Notes: generated by a model from the sequence alone, not told the origin. A stretch of 64,000 bases of DNA from an uncultured Alphaproteobacteria bacterium (GCA_963814865.1 CAWFEN010000009.1:167041-231040); one strand, 5' to 3'; positions 20,595 through 31,097 are shown, numbered from the stretch's first letter. Translations and numbers: made by a program.

Positions 20595-21626
20595 TTATTC
20601 GGGCGCCGGCACAGCCGCCAGATCCCGTGGCCGCGGCGCTGCAGCGGCGGCGATCTCGGCGCTGCGGAAGCACGCCGCGAGATGCAGCGCCGCGCCCGCC
20701 GGCTCCAGCATCGGGCGCCGCACGGCGCAGACATCGACGGCAAAGCGGCAGCGGGGCCGGAACGCGCAGCCGGCGTCGAGCCGGGTGAGGTCGGGCGGCT
20801 GGCCCTCGACCGGGTCGAGCCGCGCCTGGCGCGGCAGATCGAGCCGCGGCACCGAGCGCAGCAGCGCCATCGTGTAAGGGTGCCGCGGATCGTGGTAGAT
20901 CGCGGCCGCCGGACCGCTCTCGACGATGCGGCCGGCATACATGACGTTGACGCGGTTGGCGTAGCGCGCCACCACCCCGAGATTGTGGGTGATGATGACC
21001 AGGGCCACCTCGAGCCGGCGCGTCAGCTCCTTCATCAGTTCGAGGATCTGGGCCTGGATGGTCACGTCGAGCGCCGTCGTCGGCTCATCGGCGATGATCA
21101 GCCGGGGATCGCAGGCCAGCGCGATCGCGATCATGACCCGCTGCCGCATGCCGCCCGAAAGCTGGTGCGGGTACTGTTTGAGCCGGCGGATCGGATCGGC
21201 GATGCCGACCAGCCCCAGCACCTCGACGGCACGCTTTTGGGCGGCGGCGCGGTCCGCCCCGCGGTGCTGCTCGAGCGTTTCGGTGATCTGCCGGCCGATT
21301 GTCAGCACCGGGTTCAGCGAGGTCATCGGCTCCTGGAAGATCATGCCGATATCGCTGCCGCGCACCTGGCGCATCGCCTCGTTCGAAAGCCGCAGCAGGT
21401 CGCGCCCGGCGAACAGGATCTGGCCTTGCGTGACCCGCCCGGGCGGGTCCGGGATCAGGCGCAGCAGCGACAGCGCTCCGACGGTCTTGCCCGACCCGCT
21501 TTCGCCGACGATCGCCACCGTCTCGCCGCGCTCCACCGTGTACGAGATGCCATCGACCGCGGGCACGATGCCCGCGCCGGTGCGAAACTCGGTGTGCAGA
21601 TTCCTGACTTCGAGGAGTGCCGGCAA
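20595..21626 (-). CDS. ABC transporter ATP-binding protein (OppD/DppD type)
   Basis: Walker A GESGSGKTV, signature LSGGMRQRV, Walker B LIIADEPTTALD. Confidence 0.9.
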   Translation of the reverse strand: MPALLEVRNLHTEFRTGAGIVPAVDGISYTVERGETVAIVGESGSGKTVGALSLLRLIPDPPGRVTQGQILFAGRDLLRLSNEAMRQVRGSDIGMIFQEPMTSLNPVLTIGRQITETLEQHRGADRAAAQKRAVEVLGLVGIADPIRRLKQYPHQLSGGMRQRVMIAIALACDPRLIIADEPTTALDVTIQAQILELMKELTRRLEVALVIITHNLGVVARYANRVNVMYAGRIVESGPAAAIYHDPRHPYTMALLRSVPRLDLPRQARLDPVEGQPPDLTRLDAGCAFRPRCRFAVDVCAVRRPMLEPAGAALHLAACFRSAEIAAAAAPRPRDLAAVPAPE

Positions 21627-21855
21627 GGCGCTCGCTCCCTTCCTCCCGTTGACGCGGCGGAACTCGTCTTCTTGCTCGGCTGCTGACCCGTGGTAGCGGG
21701 CGCAACCGCGGCTGTCAACCGCGGCAGCCGAGCCATCCGTGGCCGGATCGACTGTTCCGTGGTAGGTTAACTATATCTGCCGTCAGATTATCGAAAGAAA
21801 CAGCTCGTTACATACGCCTTGCCGCGGCGATCGGGCCCGGCGGCGGCCATGCTCT

Positions 21856-22105
21856 GCCCTCGTCCCGACCCTCGAAGGCGCCGGCCCCTTTACCGTGTTC
21901 GCGCCGACCAATGAGGCGTTCGCAGCCTTACCGCCCGGCACGGTCGATACCTTGCTGAAGCCCGAGAACAAGGACGAGCTGACCAGGATCCTGACCTACC
22001 ACGTCGTCCCCGGCCGCTACGATGCGCAAACCCTGGAGCACGATGTGCAGACCGCTCCGGGCGGCAAGGTCTCGCTGAAGACCGCGGAAGGAGAGCTGCT
22101 GGCGA
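21856..22105 (+). pseudogene. internal fragment of a fasciclin (FAS1) domain protein
   Basis: ..[56 protein letters not shown]... It lacks a signal peptide/start and the C-terminal half of the domain. Confidence 0.5.
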
Positions 22106-22180
22106 CGAGCGGCCTGCCGCGATCCCCTGGTCTTGCGCTATGCTGGGCGGGCGTGGTCAAGCGGGCGGAGGAATCGGTCG

Positions 22181-22807
22181 ATGGCACTCACGATTTACGG
22201 CGTTGCGCGTTCGCGCGCCTACCGCACCCTGTGGATGGCGGCCGAGCTCGGGCTCGCCTACGAGCATGTGAAGGTCGATTTTGCCGATAACGGCACGCGC
22301 CGGCCGGATTACCTGGCGATCAACCCGAACGGGCATGTTCCGGCGATCGACGATGACGGGTTCAAGCTCTGGGAGTCGATGGCGATCAACCTCTACCTCG
22401 CCAAGAAACACGGCAGCGGCACCGGCGGCCTCTATCCGCAGCGCCTCGAGGACGAGGCGCGGGCCTGGCAGTGGAGCTTTTGGGGGATGACCGAAATCGA
22501 GCGCTCGGCATTGGCCGCGTTGTTGAACCGGATCGGTCCCGAAGCGGAGCGCGATGCCGCGGCGGCCGACGAAGCCGAGCGCACGCTCGCCGCCCCGCTC
22601 GCAATCCTCGACCGCGCCGTTGCGGCGACGCCCTACCTGCTGGGCGACCATTTCACCGTCGCCGACCTCAATGTCGCCAGCATCCTTTCCTGGGCGCGCC
22701 AGGCAAGGGTCGGTTTTGCCGCTTTTCCCAAAGCCGAAGCCTGGCTCAAGGCGTGCCACGACCGGCCGGCGGCGCAGGCGGCACGGCAGCTGCAGCGGGA
22801 GGGATGA
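22181..22807 (+). CDS. glutathione S-transferase
   Basis: [25 protein letters not shown].., [33 protein letters not shown] lies upstream of the ATG. Confidence 0.8.
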   Translation: MALTIYGVARSRAYRTLWMAAELGLAYEHVKVDFADNGTRRPDYLAINPNGHVPAIDDDGFKLWESMAINLYLAKKHGSGTGGLYPQRLEDEARAWQWSFWGMTEIERSALAALLNRIGPEAERDAAAADEAERTLAAPLAILDRAVAATPYLLGDHFTVADLNVASILSWARQARVGFAAFPKAEAWLKACHDRPAAQAARQLQREG

Positions 22808-22810
22808 GCC

Positions 22811-23854
22811 ATGGCCGAAGCTCCGGCAACGGTCGTCTACGTCTCGAACGCCGGCAGCAAGGCGGTGTTCGTCTTCGCGATGGACCGCGACAGCGGCGAG
22901 CTGACGCCGATCGAGCAAGCCGCGGTTCCCGGCACCGACAAACCCTCGCCGACCAGCATCCCGATGGCGGTCAGCCCCGACCGCCGCTTTCTCTATGCCG
23001 CGCTGCGCAGCGCGGCCTATCCGGTGTCGAGCTTTGCCATCGACGGCACGACCGGCCGGCTGACCTATCTCGCCAGCGCGCCGCTGCCGGACAGCATGGC
23101 CTATATCGTCACCGACCGCAGCGGACGGTTTCTGCTGAGCGCGTCCTATCCGGGAGCGAAGCTGGCAATCAACCCGATCGATGCGCAGGGCCGGGTCGGC
23201 GGGCAGCCGACCCAGCTGCTGGCGACCGAGCCCAAGGCCCATTGCGTCGTTGTCGATGCGTCGAACCGCTATGTCTACTGCACCAATCTCGGCGGCGACA
23301 TCATCATGCAGATGCGGTTCGACGCCGCTTCCGGCACGGTCTCGCCGAGCACGCCCGCCGCGATCGCCACCAAGGCGAATGCCGGGCCGCGCCATCTGGC
23401 GTTCCACCCCGACGGGCATTTTCTCTATCTGTTGAACGAAACCGACGCGACGGTCGGCGCCTATGCCGTCGATCCGGCCACCGGCACGCTCGCCGAGTTG
23501 CAGACGCTGGCGAGCCTGCCGCCGGATTTCACCGGCAAGCCGTCGGCGGCCGATCTGCATGCCACGCCGGACGGCCGTTTTCTGTACGCCAGCGAGCGGG
23601 CGACCAGCACCTTGACCGGGTTCCGCATCGATCCGGCGCGGGGGACCTTGTCGCGGATCGGCCGCTGGCCCACCGAGACGACGCCGCGCGGCTTTGCCAT
23701 CGACCCGCGCGGGCGGTTTCTGCTCGCCGCCGGGCTCGGCTCGAACGCGATGACGGTCCACGCGATCGACCCGAAAAGCGGCGCGCTCGCGGCGCTGCAG
23801 CAATATCGGCTCGGCGAGATGCCGAACTGGGTCGAAATCGTCGATCTGACCTGA
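22811..23854 (+). CDS. lactonase family beta-propeller protein (6-phosphogluconolactonase / muconate cycloisomerase-like)
   Basis: VYVSNAGS.., repeated ..PDGRFLY.. / ..HPDGHFLYLLNE.. / ..IDPRGRFLLAA.. blades; 347 aa. Confidence 0.7.
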   Translation: MAEAPATVVYVSNAGSKAVFVFAMDRDSGELTPIEQAAVPGTDKPSPTSIPMAVSPDRRFLYAALRSAAYPVSSFAIDGTTGRLTYLASAPLPDSMAYIVTDRSGRFLLSASYPGAKLAINPIDAQGRVGGQPTQLLATEPKAHCVVVDASNRYVYCTNLGGDIIMQMRFDAASGTVSPSTPAAIATKANAGPRHLAFHPDGHFLYLLNETDATVGAYAVDPATGTLAELQTLASLPPDFTGKPSAADLHATPDGRFLYASERATSTLTGFRIDPARGTLSRIGRWPTETTPRGFAIDPRGRFLLAAGLGSNAMTVHAIDPKSGALAALQQYRLGEMPNWVEIVDLT

Positions 23855-23976
23855 GCCTGCAGAGCGAGGACATAGCGCTTTTCGCGATCGGCGCGGCCGG
23901 CGCGATCCCCGGCTTCGCCTTGCGGCCGGCAGCGAGAACGGGCACGCTGATGCACCTGCCACAGGGGGAAGGTGAC

Positions 23977-25452
23977 ATGGACGACCAACCCGCGGCATTG
24001 ATCCTGCCGATCGAGCCGACCTTCGACCGCACGCCGCAGCCTTTCGGCGACGGCCCGCCGGACCCCTTCGTGTGCGACGCCTCGGCGCGGGCATTGCGCC
24101 AGCGCACGGTGAATTTCGCCGCCAAGCGCATGGTCGACATGCTCTACGTCAGCGGCCTCGACCGTGCGACGGCCGACCGCCATTTCCGCTGGCGCCCGGC
24201 CGCCGCTCCGGGGAATCTCGGTTCGCGCCCGGCGGAGGGCGATCCGGCGCCGCTGGTCGCCGCGCATCGCGCCGGGCGGATCGCGATCGAGACCGACGAC
24301 GCCGATCGCCGGGTCAAGGTCGCGTGGACCGACCCCGGCTTTGGTGACCCGATCGCCGGCACGGCGATCGCGCGGCCGGGTTACGGCGGCATCCTGCTCG
24401 GCGGGCATGCCGTCCCGTTGTTCGATCCGCAGCCGATCATGCGCGAGCTGCCCGATGCCGGGCGCCCCTGGCCGCTGGGCGCGGCGGTCGAAACCCCGCC
24501 ATCGGCGCCCGCCGCCCTGGCCGACGCCCTGGACAAGTTCTTCGCCCATTCCGCCGGCGCCTACGGCATCCTGATCGCCACGCCGGATCGCGTCCTCTGC
24601 GAGCGCTACAGCGCCTTTGGCCAGCCGGGCCGGGTGACGCCGAGCTGGTCGATGACCAAGGCGATCACCTGCACCCTGATCGGCCGCCTGGTGCACGAGG
24701 GCTGGCTCGCCTCGGTCTACGACCCGGCGCCGGCGCCGCTGTGGCGCGATCCGCGCGCGATCCATCGGCTGATCACCGTGGATCATCTGCTGCGCATGCG
24801 CTCGGGGCTGGGGTTTCCGGCGCGCCACGAAGACGGCCATGTCACGCTCGGCTTCGAGAACAGCTCGGTCTATCAGGACGCGATCGACGCCTTCGCGGCG
24901 GCGCAGCGCTCGATCGTCGCCACGCTCCCCGGCTCGGTGTTCCGCTATATCAACGCCGGCCCCAATGTGCTGGGCGCGGTCATCCGCGACCAGATTGCGC
25001 GCCGCGGCCTGCCCTATCACCAGACGGTCTACCGGCTGCTCGCCGACCGGCTCGGCATGGCGAGCTATCAGCATTCGGCCGATATTGCCGGCAATCTGAT
25101 CGCCTCCGGCGCCGGCTTTGCCACCTTGCGCGACTATGCCAAGCTCGGGGTGCTCTATCTGCAGGACGGCCTGTGGGACGGCGAGCGCCTGCTGCCGCGG
25201 GGCTGGGCCGATTATGCGCTGACCCCGACCCACACCGGCACCAGCTATGCGGCGTGCTTCCGCGCCAATACCGACCGGCTGTTCCCGGATCTGCCGCCGG
25301 AGACCGCCTGGGCGTCGGGCGCATCGGACCAGCGCATCTTCATCCTGCGCCGCCACCGCCTGACCGTCGCGGTCAGCAACGAAACCGACCATGCGATGGA
25401 CCTCGCGGCGTTGAACCGCGTCATCGCCACCGCCGTCGCCACCTTGACCTGA
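23977..25452 (+). CDS. serine hydrolase (beta-lactamase/transpeptidase-like family) with an N-terminal extension
   Basis: SxxK motif in SWSMTKAIT, then LLRMRSGL.. and YINAGPNVLG. ATG at 23977 is preceded by GGGGGAAGG. Confidence 0.65.
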   Translation: MDDQPAALILPIEPTFDRTPQPFGDGPPDPFVCDASARALRQRTVNFAAKRMVDMLYVSGLDRATADRHFRWRPAAAPGNLGSRPAEGDPAPLVAAHRAGRIAIETDDADRRVKVAWTDPGFGDPIAGTAIARPGYGGILLGGHAVPLFDPQPIMRELPDAGRPWPLGAAVETPPSAPAALADALDKFFAHSAGAYGILIATPDRVLCERYSAFGQPGRVTPSWSMTKAITCTLIGRLVHEGWLASVYDPAPAPLWRDPRAIHRLITVDHLLRMRSGLGFPARHEDGHVTLGFENSSVYQDAIDAFAAAQRSIVATLPGSVFRYINAGPNVLGAVIRDQIARRGLPYHQTVYRLLADRLGMASYQHSADIAGNLIASGAGFATLRDYAKLGVLYLQDGLWDGERLLPRGWADYALTPTHTGTSYAACFRANTDRLFPDLPPETAWASGASDQRIFILRRHRLTVAVSNETDHAMDLAALNRVIATAVATLT

Positions 25453-25464
25453 GGGAGAAGGCCG

Positions 25465-26262
25465 ATGCCCGCCGCCATCCGCAACGTCGCTCGCGAAAAG
25501 CTCGAGCAAGGCCAGCTGGCGCTCGGCGTCGGGGTGCGCATGACGCGCAGCGTCGAGATCGCCAAGGCGATGGCGGTGGCCGGGTTCGACTGGCTGTTTC
25601 TCGACATGGAGCACGGCGTCATGTCGCTCGAAGCCTGCGCGCAGATCTCGACCGCGGCGCTCGACGCCGGCATCGCGCCGATCGCACGGGTGCCGAACGG
25701 CGAATACGCGATCGCCACGCGCGCCTTGGACAATGGCGCGCTCGGCATCGTCATGCCGCATGTCGATACCGCGGCCGAGGCGCGCGAGGTCGTCGACCGG
25801 CTCAAATATCCGCCCGTCGGCCACCGCTCGATGGGCGGCATCGGGCCGCATTACGGGCTGCGCTCGGCCAGCTCGGGCGAGGCGGCATCGGCGCTCAACG
25901 CGGCCAACCTGACGATCGTCATGCTGGAGACGCCGACCGCGATCGCCAATGCCGAGGAGATCGCCGCGGTGCCGGGGGTGGACGTGCTGCTGATCGGCAC
26001 CAACGATCTGTGCGCCGAGATCGGCATCCACGGCGATTTCGGCAATCAGCGCGTCGCCGATGCCTATCGGGCGATGATCGCGGCCGCACGCAAGCACGGC
26101 AAATTCCCGGGAATGGCCGGGATCTACAGCGAGACGATCATGCCGCGCTATATCGAGATGGGCGCGCGTTTCGTCCTCGGCGGCCAGGACGGGGCGTTCA
26201 TGGCGGCCGGCGCGGCGCAGCGGACGGGGTTCCTGAGGAAGCTCCCCACGGCGGCGCGATAA
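25465..26262 (+). CDS. HpcH/HpaI family aldolase
   Basis: [32 protein letters not shown] and VMLETP motifs. Confidence 0.8.
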   Translation: MPAAIRNVAREKLEQGQLALGVGVRMTRSVEIAKAMAVAGFDWLFLDMEHGVMSLEACAQISTAALDAGIAPIARVPNGEYAIATRALDNGALGIVMPHVDTAAEAREVVDRLKYPPVGHRSMGGIGPHYGLRSASSGEAASALNAANLTIVMLETPTAIANAEEIAAVPGVDVLLIGTNDLCAEIGIHGDFGNQRVADAYRAMIAAARKHGKFPGMAGIYSETIMPRYIEMGARFVLGGQDGAFMAAGAAQRTGFLRKLPTAAR

Positions 26263-26266
26263 AGGG

Positions 26267-27206
26267 CTAGGCCGGGCGGCCGAGCAATGCCATCAGCTCG
26301 CGCCACTCGCGGCCGGAGAGCCCGCTTTCCTCGGGCGTGACCGTCTCGCCGGCAAGCAGGCGGCGGATCACGGCGAGGCCCTTCGCCGAGATCGTCGCCG
26401 CGTCCATCCGGTATTCGAGAAAGGCCGCATAGGTCAGCGGCACCCAGCGCTTCAGGATATCGAGCATCACCTCGGCATAGGCGCGGATCTCGTATTGCGC
26501 ATGCGCATCGGCGCGCAGCGACAGAAAATGCATCAGATTGTGCAGATCGATCTTCCAGTACCATTGGGTATAGAAATTCAGCGACAGGTTCATCCGGGCG
26601 AGCTCGCGCGCCAGGCCGGGCCGCGCCGGATCGATCGGTGCGCCCGTGAGCGTCCTCGTTCAACAGCTCGGTATAGCCGGCATAGACGCGCTCGGCGTCG
26701 GCGCGCAGCAAGGCGAGGACGCGCTGCGCCGCGTCCGGTTCGAGCACCTCATCCCGCCCCTGGCGGTTGGTCGTCGCCTGCGCCGCCAGGTGCTCGGGTG
26801 CCGGCAGGTAGAATTCGTTGTCGAGGACCGAGTAGCGCGCCGAATATTCGTTGACGTTGGCGGTGCGGTGCCGGATCCATTGCCGGGCAACGAAGATCGG
26901 CAGTTTGACGTGATACTTGATCTCGCACATCTCGAACGGCGTCGTATGGCGATGCCGCATCAGATAGTTGATCAGCCCCTGATCCTCGCTGACCCGCCGA
27001 GTGCCGCGGCCATACGAAACCCGCGCCGCCTGCACGACCGCCGCATCGTCGCCCATATAGTCGATGACGCGGACAAAGCCGTGATCGAGCACCGGGATCG
27101 GCTCGTAAAGGATTTCCTCCAGCGCCGGCACCGTTACCCGTCGCGTCGGCCGGGCTTCAATACGCTGGGCGGCGATCTCGTCCTGTCGCTCGGGGGTGAG
27201 CCGCAT
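26267..27206 (-). pseudogene. thyX: FAD-dependent thymidylate synthase ThyX, frame broken by a 1-nt indel (or sequencing error)
   Basis: [16 protein letters not shown].., [42 protein letters not shown] (RHR/SxRYS ThyX motif) in one frame. [40 protein letters not shown].. is in another. The indel is near 26638-26650. Confidence 0.85.
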
Positions 27207-27269
27207 CTCTTCTCCTCGGCGAAACGCGCGGGATTGCGCTGCCGCGGCCTGCATCCTATATCTGCGCTG

Positions 27270-27575
27270 TCGGGCAACCGACTATGGCGATACACGGCTT
27301 GTGGAATAAGCGTTGCGGACCCGGGGGCGGTACCCGGCGCCTCCACCAACTCCGCCGCCGGCGACCTGCCGGGGGCGATCCGAGGGGGCGAAACAGGCTC
27401 GACGCGCGTGGTAAAGGCAAGATCCGTCGCCCGGCATGATACCACCGTTATCGGGTCACAACCTAACTGCGAACGACAACTTCGCAACAGAGGCGCTCGC
27501 GGCCTAACCCTTAGCGGGGTAAAAGCCTAGAGCAATTCGCGGTTCGAGGGGCACCGGGCAACAGAAGCCCCTCAC
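27270..27575 (+). ncRNA. ssrA: circularly permuted (two-piece) tmRNA gene
   Basis: The acceptor piece ends ..ggcgcctccACCA at 27348. The coding piece starts GGGGGCGAAACAGGCTCGACG at 27384; its first 7 nt pair with CGCCTCC and give a G3:U pair. The tag ORF GCG AAC GAC AAC TTC GCA ACA GAG GCG CTC GCG GCC TAA (27469-27507) encodes ANDNFATEALAA. The terminal hairpin is gaggggc..gcccctc (27546-27572). The outer boundaries are approximate. Confidence 0.85.
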
Positions 27576-27617
27576 TCGCCTTTGACCCACCCATTGCCAG
27601 CGAGCGAGCCGCCGGAG

Positions 27618-28088
27618 ATGGCCCAGGACCACTTCCAATACGACAAGATGGTCGAGACCGCGCTGCGCGGGGTGATGCGCGAAGCGCTGCGCCGCGCCGC
27701 TCGGGACGGCCTGCCCGGCGCGCATCATTTCTACATCGGCCTGCGCACCGGTGCGCCCGGCGTCGTCGTGCCCGATGGTCTGCTGGCGAAATTCCCCGAC
27801 GAGATGACGATCGTCCTGCAGCACCAGTTTTGGGGGCTCGAAGCCGGAGAGGATGTCTTTTCCGTGACCCTGAGCTTTCAGGGCCGGCCCGAGCGGTTGA
27901 CGATCCCGCTCGCGGCGGTGACGAGCTTTGCCGATCCCTCGGTCAATTTCGGGCTCCAGTTCGCCGTCCCGGCGGCACCTCCCGCGCCGCCGGCCGCACT
28001 GCCTGCGGCGCTTCCCGCCGCCGCAGCGGCCGCGCCGGAACGGCCGGCGGCCGAGATCGTGACCCTCGACAAGTTCCGCCGGCGCTAG
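27618..28088 (+). CDS. sspB: ClpXP adaptor SspB (alphaproteobacterial type)
   Basis: FQYDKMVETALRGVMREALRRAARDGLPGAHHFYI.., TIVLQHQFWGLE.., an Ala/Pro-rich linker and a C-terminal ..IVTLDKFRRR ClpX-binding-like tail. It lies directly downstream of ssrA. Confidence 0.7.
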   Translation: MAQDHFQYDKMVETALRGVMREALRRAARDGLPGAHHFYIGLRTGAPGVVVPDGLLAKFPDEMTIVLQHQFWGLEAGEDVFSVTLSFQGRPERLTIPLAAVTSFADPSVNFGLQFAVPAAPPAPPAALPAALPAAAAAAPERPAAEIVTLDKFRRR

Positions 28089-28186
28089 CTTTGCGCCGGG
28101 GCCGCCCGCATGCGGCCGGAGCTTGCGGTGCCGGGCGGGTTGTGACAACCAGAAGGTCGAACAACCTGTAACGGAGCATACCTGCG

Positions 28187-29563
28187 ATGCCGCGCTATGA
28201 TTTCGACCTGTTCACGATCGGCGCCGGCTCGGGCGGCGTCGCCTGCTCACGCCGGGCCGCCGCCTATGGCGCGCGCGTCGCGATCTGCGAGGAGCTGCGC
28301 GTCGGCGGCACCTGCGTGCTGCGCGGCTGCGTGCCGAAAAAGCTCCTGGTTTACGGCGCGCAATTCGCCGACGCCTTCGCCGATGCCGCCGGCTTCGGCT
28401 GGACCGTGCCGCCGGCGCAGTTCGACTGGCCGAGCCTGATCGCCGCCAAGGACAAGGAAATCGGGCGGCTCTCGCAGATCTACATCAACATGCTGAAGAA
28501 CAGCGGGGTCGAGATCATCGACGGCCGCGGCGTCGTCGCCGATCCGCACACGGTCGAGATCGCCGGCCGGCGCTATACCGCCGACAAGATCCTGATCGCG
28601 GTCGGGGGCTGGCCGGAAACCCCGCAGATCCCCGGCATCGAGCATGTCATTTCATCGAACGAGGCGCTCGACCTGCCGGCCTTGCCAAAGCGCATCGTCA
28701 TCGTCGGCGGCGGCTATATCGCGGTCGAGTTCGCCGGCATCTTCAGCGGCTTCGGCAGCGAGGTCGTCGAGATCATCCGGCGCGCGGACGTATTGCGCGG
28801 TTTTGACGAAGACATCCGCGTCCATCTCGGCGAGGAGATGCGCGGGCGCGGCGTCGACATCCGCGGCGGGACCCGGGTCGCCCGCATCGACAAGGCCGCC
28901 GACGGCTATGCCGTTACCACCACCGACGGCGACAGGATCGCCACCGATCTCGTCATGTATGCCACCGGACGCAAGCCCAATACCAGCGGGCTGGGCCTTG
29001 CCGAGAGCGGCGTGGCGCTGACGGAGAACGGGGCGGTCGTCGTCGACGAATGGCAGCGTTCGACGACGGTGCCGAACATCTATGCGGTCGGCGACGTGAC
29101 CGATCGCATCAACCTGACCCCGGTGGCGATCGCCGAAGGCCGCGCCATCGCCGAGACGCTGTACAACGACAACCCGATCAGGATGGACCACGGGGATGTG
29201 CCCAGCGCGGTGTTCAGCCAGCCGCCGATCGGCACGGTCGGCCTGACCGAGGAGGAAGCGCGCCGCGAATTCGGCGAAATCGATATCTACAGCGCCCGCT
29301 TCAAGCCGATGAAGAACACCTTGTCCGGCCGCGACGAGCGCACCTTTATGAAGCTCGTCGTCGATGCCCGCAGCGACCGCGTGCTCGGCTGCCACATGCT
29401 CGGCCCCGACGCGCCCGAGATCATCCAGGGCCTCGCCGTCGCCGTCAAATGCGGCGCGACCAAGCGGCAGTTCGACCAGACCGTCGGCATCCACCCGAGC
29501 GCCGCCGAGGAGTTCGTGACCATGCGCGAAAAAACCGTCCGCCCAAAGCTGGCGGCGGAATAG
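28187..29563 (+). CDS. gor: glutathione-disulfide reductase
   Basis: DLFTIGAGSGGVA, redox-active GGTCVLRGCVPKK, second dinucleotide fold IVGGGYIAVEFA, and the C-terminal HP..AEE motif. Confidence 0.85.
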   Translation: MPRYDFDLFTIGAGSGGVACSRRAAAYGARVAICEELRVGGTCVLRGCVPKKLLVYGAQFADAFADAAGFGWTVPPAQFDWPSLIAAKDKEIGRLSQIYINMLKNSGVEIIDGRGVVADPHTVEIAGRRYTADKILIAVGGWPETPQIPGIEHVISSNEALDLPALPKRIVIVGGGYIAVEFAGIFSGFGSEVVEIIRRADVLRGFDEDIRVHLGEEMRGRGVDIRGGTRVARIDKAADGYAVTTTDGDRIATDLVMYATGRKPNTSGLGLAESGVALTENGAVVVDEWQRSTTVPNIYAVGDVTDRINLTPVAIAEGRAIAETLYNDNPIRMDHGDVPSAVFSQPPIGTVGLTEEEARREFGEIDIYSARFKPMKNTLSGRDERTFMKLVVDARSDRVLGCHMLGPDAPEIIQGLAVAVKCGATKRQFDQTVGIHPSAAEEFVTMREKTVRPKLAAE

Positions 29564-29729
29564 GGGAGCCGCCCTCCTCCCTGTGGCTGCGTGGCAATCT
29601 CGGTCTGACGGGATCGACATTGCCACCGGGCACGCGGATGGATCGGATTCTACATGTAGAGGTAGCAGAAAATACGCTACTCGAGATCAGCGCTTGTCTC
29701 TGAAGCTCATGGTGCCCTCGCGTAGTAGG

Positions 29730-29930
29730 ATGATTTCGATGGGTCTATTCGATCTCTTCAAACCAAAGGACAATGATAAACAGCTGTTGATGGACTTGAT
29801 AGCTCACAACGCGGATATGATTCTGAAAAATGAGGGCCGCTCCCGTGAAGATGCAGAGTATCTGGCCATCTGTTTGATCATCGACGATCTCAGCCAGCGA
29901 TCAAATGGACTGGGGGCTATCAAAAGATGA
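29730..29930 (+). CDS. small hypothetical protein in an AT-richer islet
   Basis: MISMGLFDLFKPKDNDKQLLMDLIAHNADMILKNEGRSREDAEYLAICLIIDDLSQRSNGLGAIKR. A further 36-codon ORF (29927-30037) overlaps its stop. No family recognised. Confidence 0.3.
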   Translation: MISMGLFDLFKPKDNDKQLLMDLIAHNADMILKNEGRSREDAEYLAICLIIDDLSQRSNGLGAIKR

Positions 29931-30053
29931 TGTCGATTCTCCAAAGCGACTTTCCGGCGCATTTTGACGATGTGATCACGTATGTGGGGTGGTCGGCCGG
30001 TAATTGCACCTCAACCCGCAGACTGAGCAGGCGCTAAGAAATCGACACGCGAA

Positions 30054-30236
30054 ATGAAGAATGCGATAAACGTTTATTTGATTGGAAACTTAGCCACGTT
30101 TGTCTATTTGACGTTTTTCGATGGCTATGCTTACAATGGATGGAACTGGATTGTCGTTCTTCCCGCGAACGAATTTCTTGCAGCGGTTTGGCCTATTTAT
30201 TGGGCTATTCTGAGATGGCTCCCAACGGTTGGCTGA
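30054..30236 (+). CDS. small predicted membrane protein
   Basis: MKNAINVYLIGNLATFVYLTFFDG..WIVVLPANEFLAAVWPIYWAILRWL has two hydrophobic segments and AT-rich codon usage. Confidence 0.3.
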   Translation: MKNAINVYLIGNLATFVYLTFFDGYAYNGWNWIVVLPANEFLAAVWPIYWAILRWLPTVG

Positions 30237-30358
30237 ATTCAGAGACTCGCAACTTCGGCTGATTCGGTCCATATTTAAGGCGCGCCTTGCAGCGGGCGCG
30301 GCGGGAGGGTTACATTGCACTTGCACGGGGCGTTGAGAAATTTTCGACGTGTGACGAC

Positions 30359-30538
30359 ATGAAAACATCCGACACTCGCGAACGGCAGAAGAGGTCGGCC
30401 ACCTCGGCGGCAGGGGAGCCCGGTGATATCGCGAAACCCATGCGCGCCCGCCCGGTGGAAGGCGAGATCGACCATGAAGAATTGACCCGGGAGATTATAT
30501 CCCGGTTCCCCAAAATCCTCTCAGAACTTGCCAAATGA
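30359..30538 (+). CDS. putative antitoxin partner of Doc (family not recognised)
   Basis: 59-aa ORF MKTSDTRERQKRSATSAAGEPGDIAKPMRARPVEGEIDHEELTREIISRFPKILSELAK. Its 3' end overlaps the doc ORF by 11 nt. Confidence 0.45.
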   Translation: MKTSDTRERQKRSATSAAGEPGDIAKPMRARPVEGEIDHEELTREIISRFPKILSELAK

Positions 30539-30920
30539 GCCACAGTGGCTGTCGGTGGAGACAGTCATCGAGATTAACCAAGCCGTTGTTGCCATAACGG
30601 GGGAGCCGCATTTTCTCCGCGATCGAGGGCTGCTGGAAAGTGCTCTGGCGCGCCCGCAAAATGCATTTGCCTATGGAGAAGAGGACATCGTGGCGCTCGC
30701 CGTCAGATTGCTTGCGGGCGTAGCGCAGGCGCACGCATTCGCACAAGGGAACAAACGCACTTGTTTTGTGGCGATGGTGCAGTTTTTCAACGCGAACGGA
30801 TACGATCTTGCGATCGAGGACTCAGCGGCGTGGGCGAATGCGGTGATCGCGCTGGTCGAGCATCGGACCTCTGAAGAGGATTTTGTCCGCGCCATTCGCC
30901 CGTTTGTGATCGAGAGATAG
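30528..30920 (+). CDS. doc: type II toxin Doc (death-on-curing, Fic fold)
   Basis: LSVETVIEINQAVV.., RDRGLLESALARPQN.. and the Doc-type Fic motif HAFAQGNKRT. The start is uncertain (TTG at 30528, or the GTG at the Val codon of ..LSVETV.. a few codons downstream). Confidence 0.8.
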   Translation: MPNEPQWLSVETVIEINQAVVAITGEPHFLRDRGLLESALARPQNAFAYGEEDIVALAVRLLAGVAQAHAFAQGNKRTCFVAMVQFFNANGYDLAIEDSAAWANAVIALVEHRTSEEDFVRAIRPFVIER

Positions 30921-31097
30921 CACCCTGACACCCGAGCGACGGAACGGCCTTGCACAAAGCGCTTGCGTCGGCGGCGTTCGCGCCGCTAGCGTGCGCGCCA
31001 TGATGCCGATCAGGGCGATCCGCCCTCGCCCGTTGCGCGATTTTGGTACCGCCGGTACGGTGAGGCGGCCTAGGATCGCGCTTGCGCGTTTTTTCCC

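Noticed and set aside
22471-25452. 993-aa ORF that would fuse GST, lactonase and serine-hydrolase regions into one giant protein.
   Set aside because: Only the last ~490 aa (from ATG 23977, which has an SD) are protein-like. The upstream part is an alternative frame of the GST and lactonase genes.
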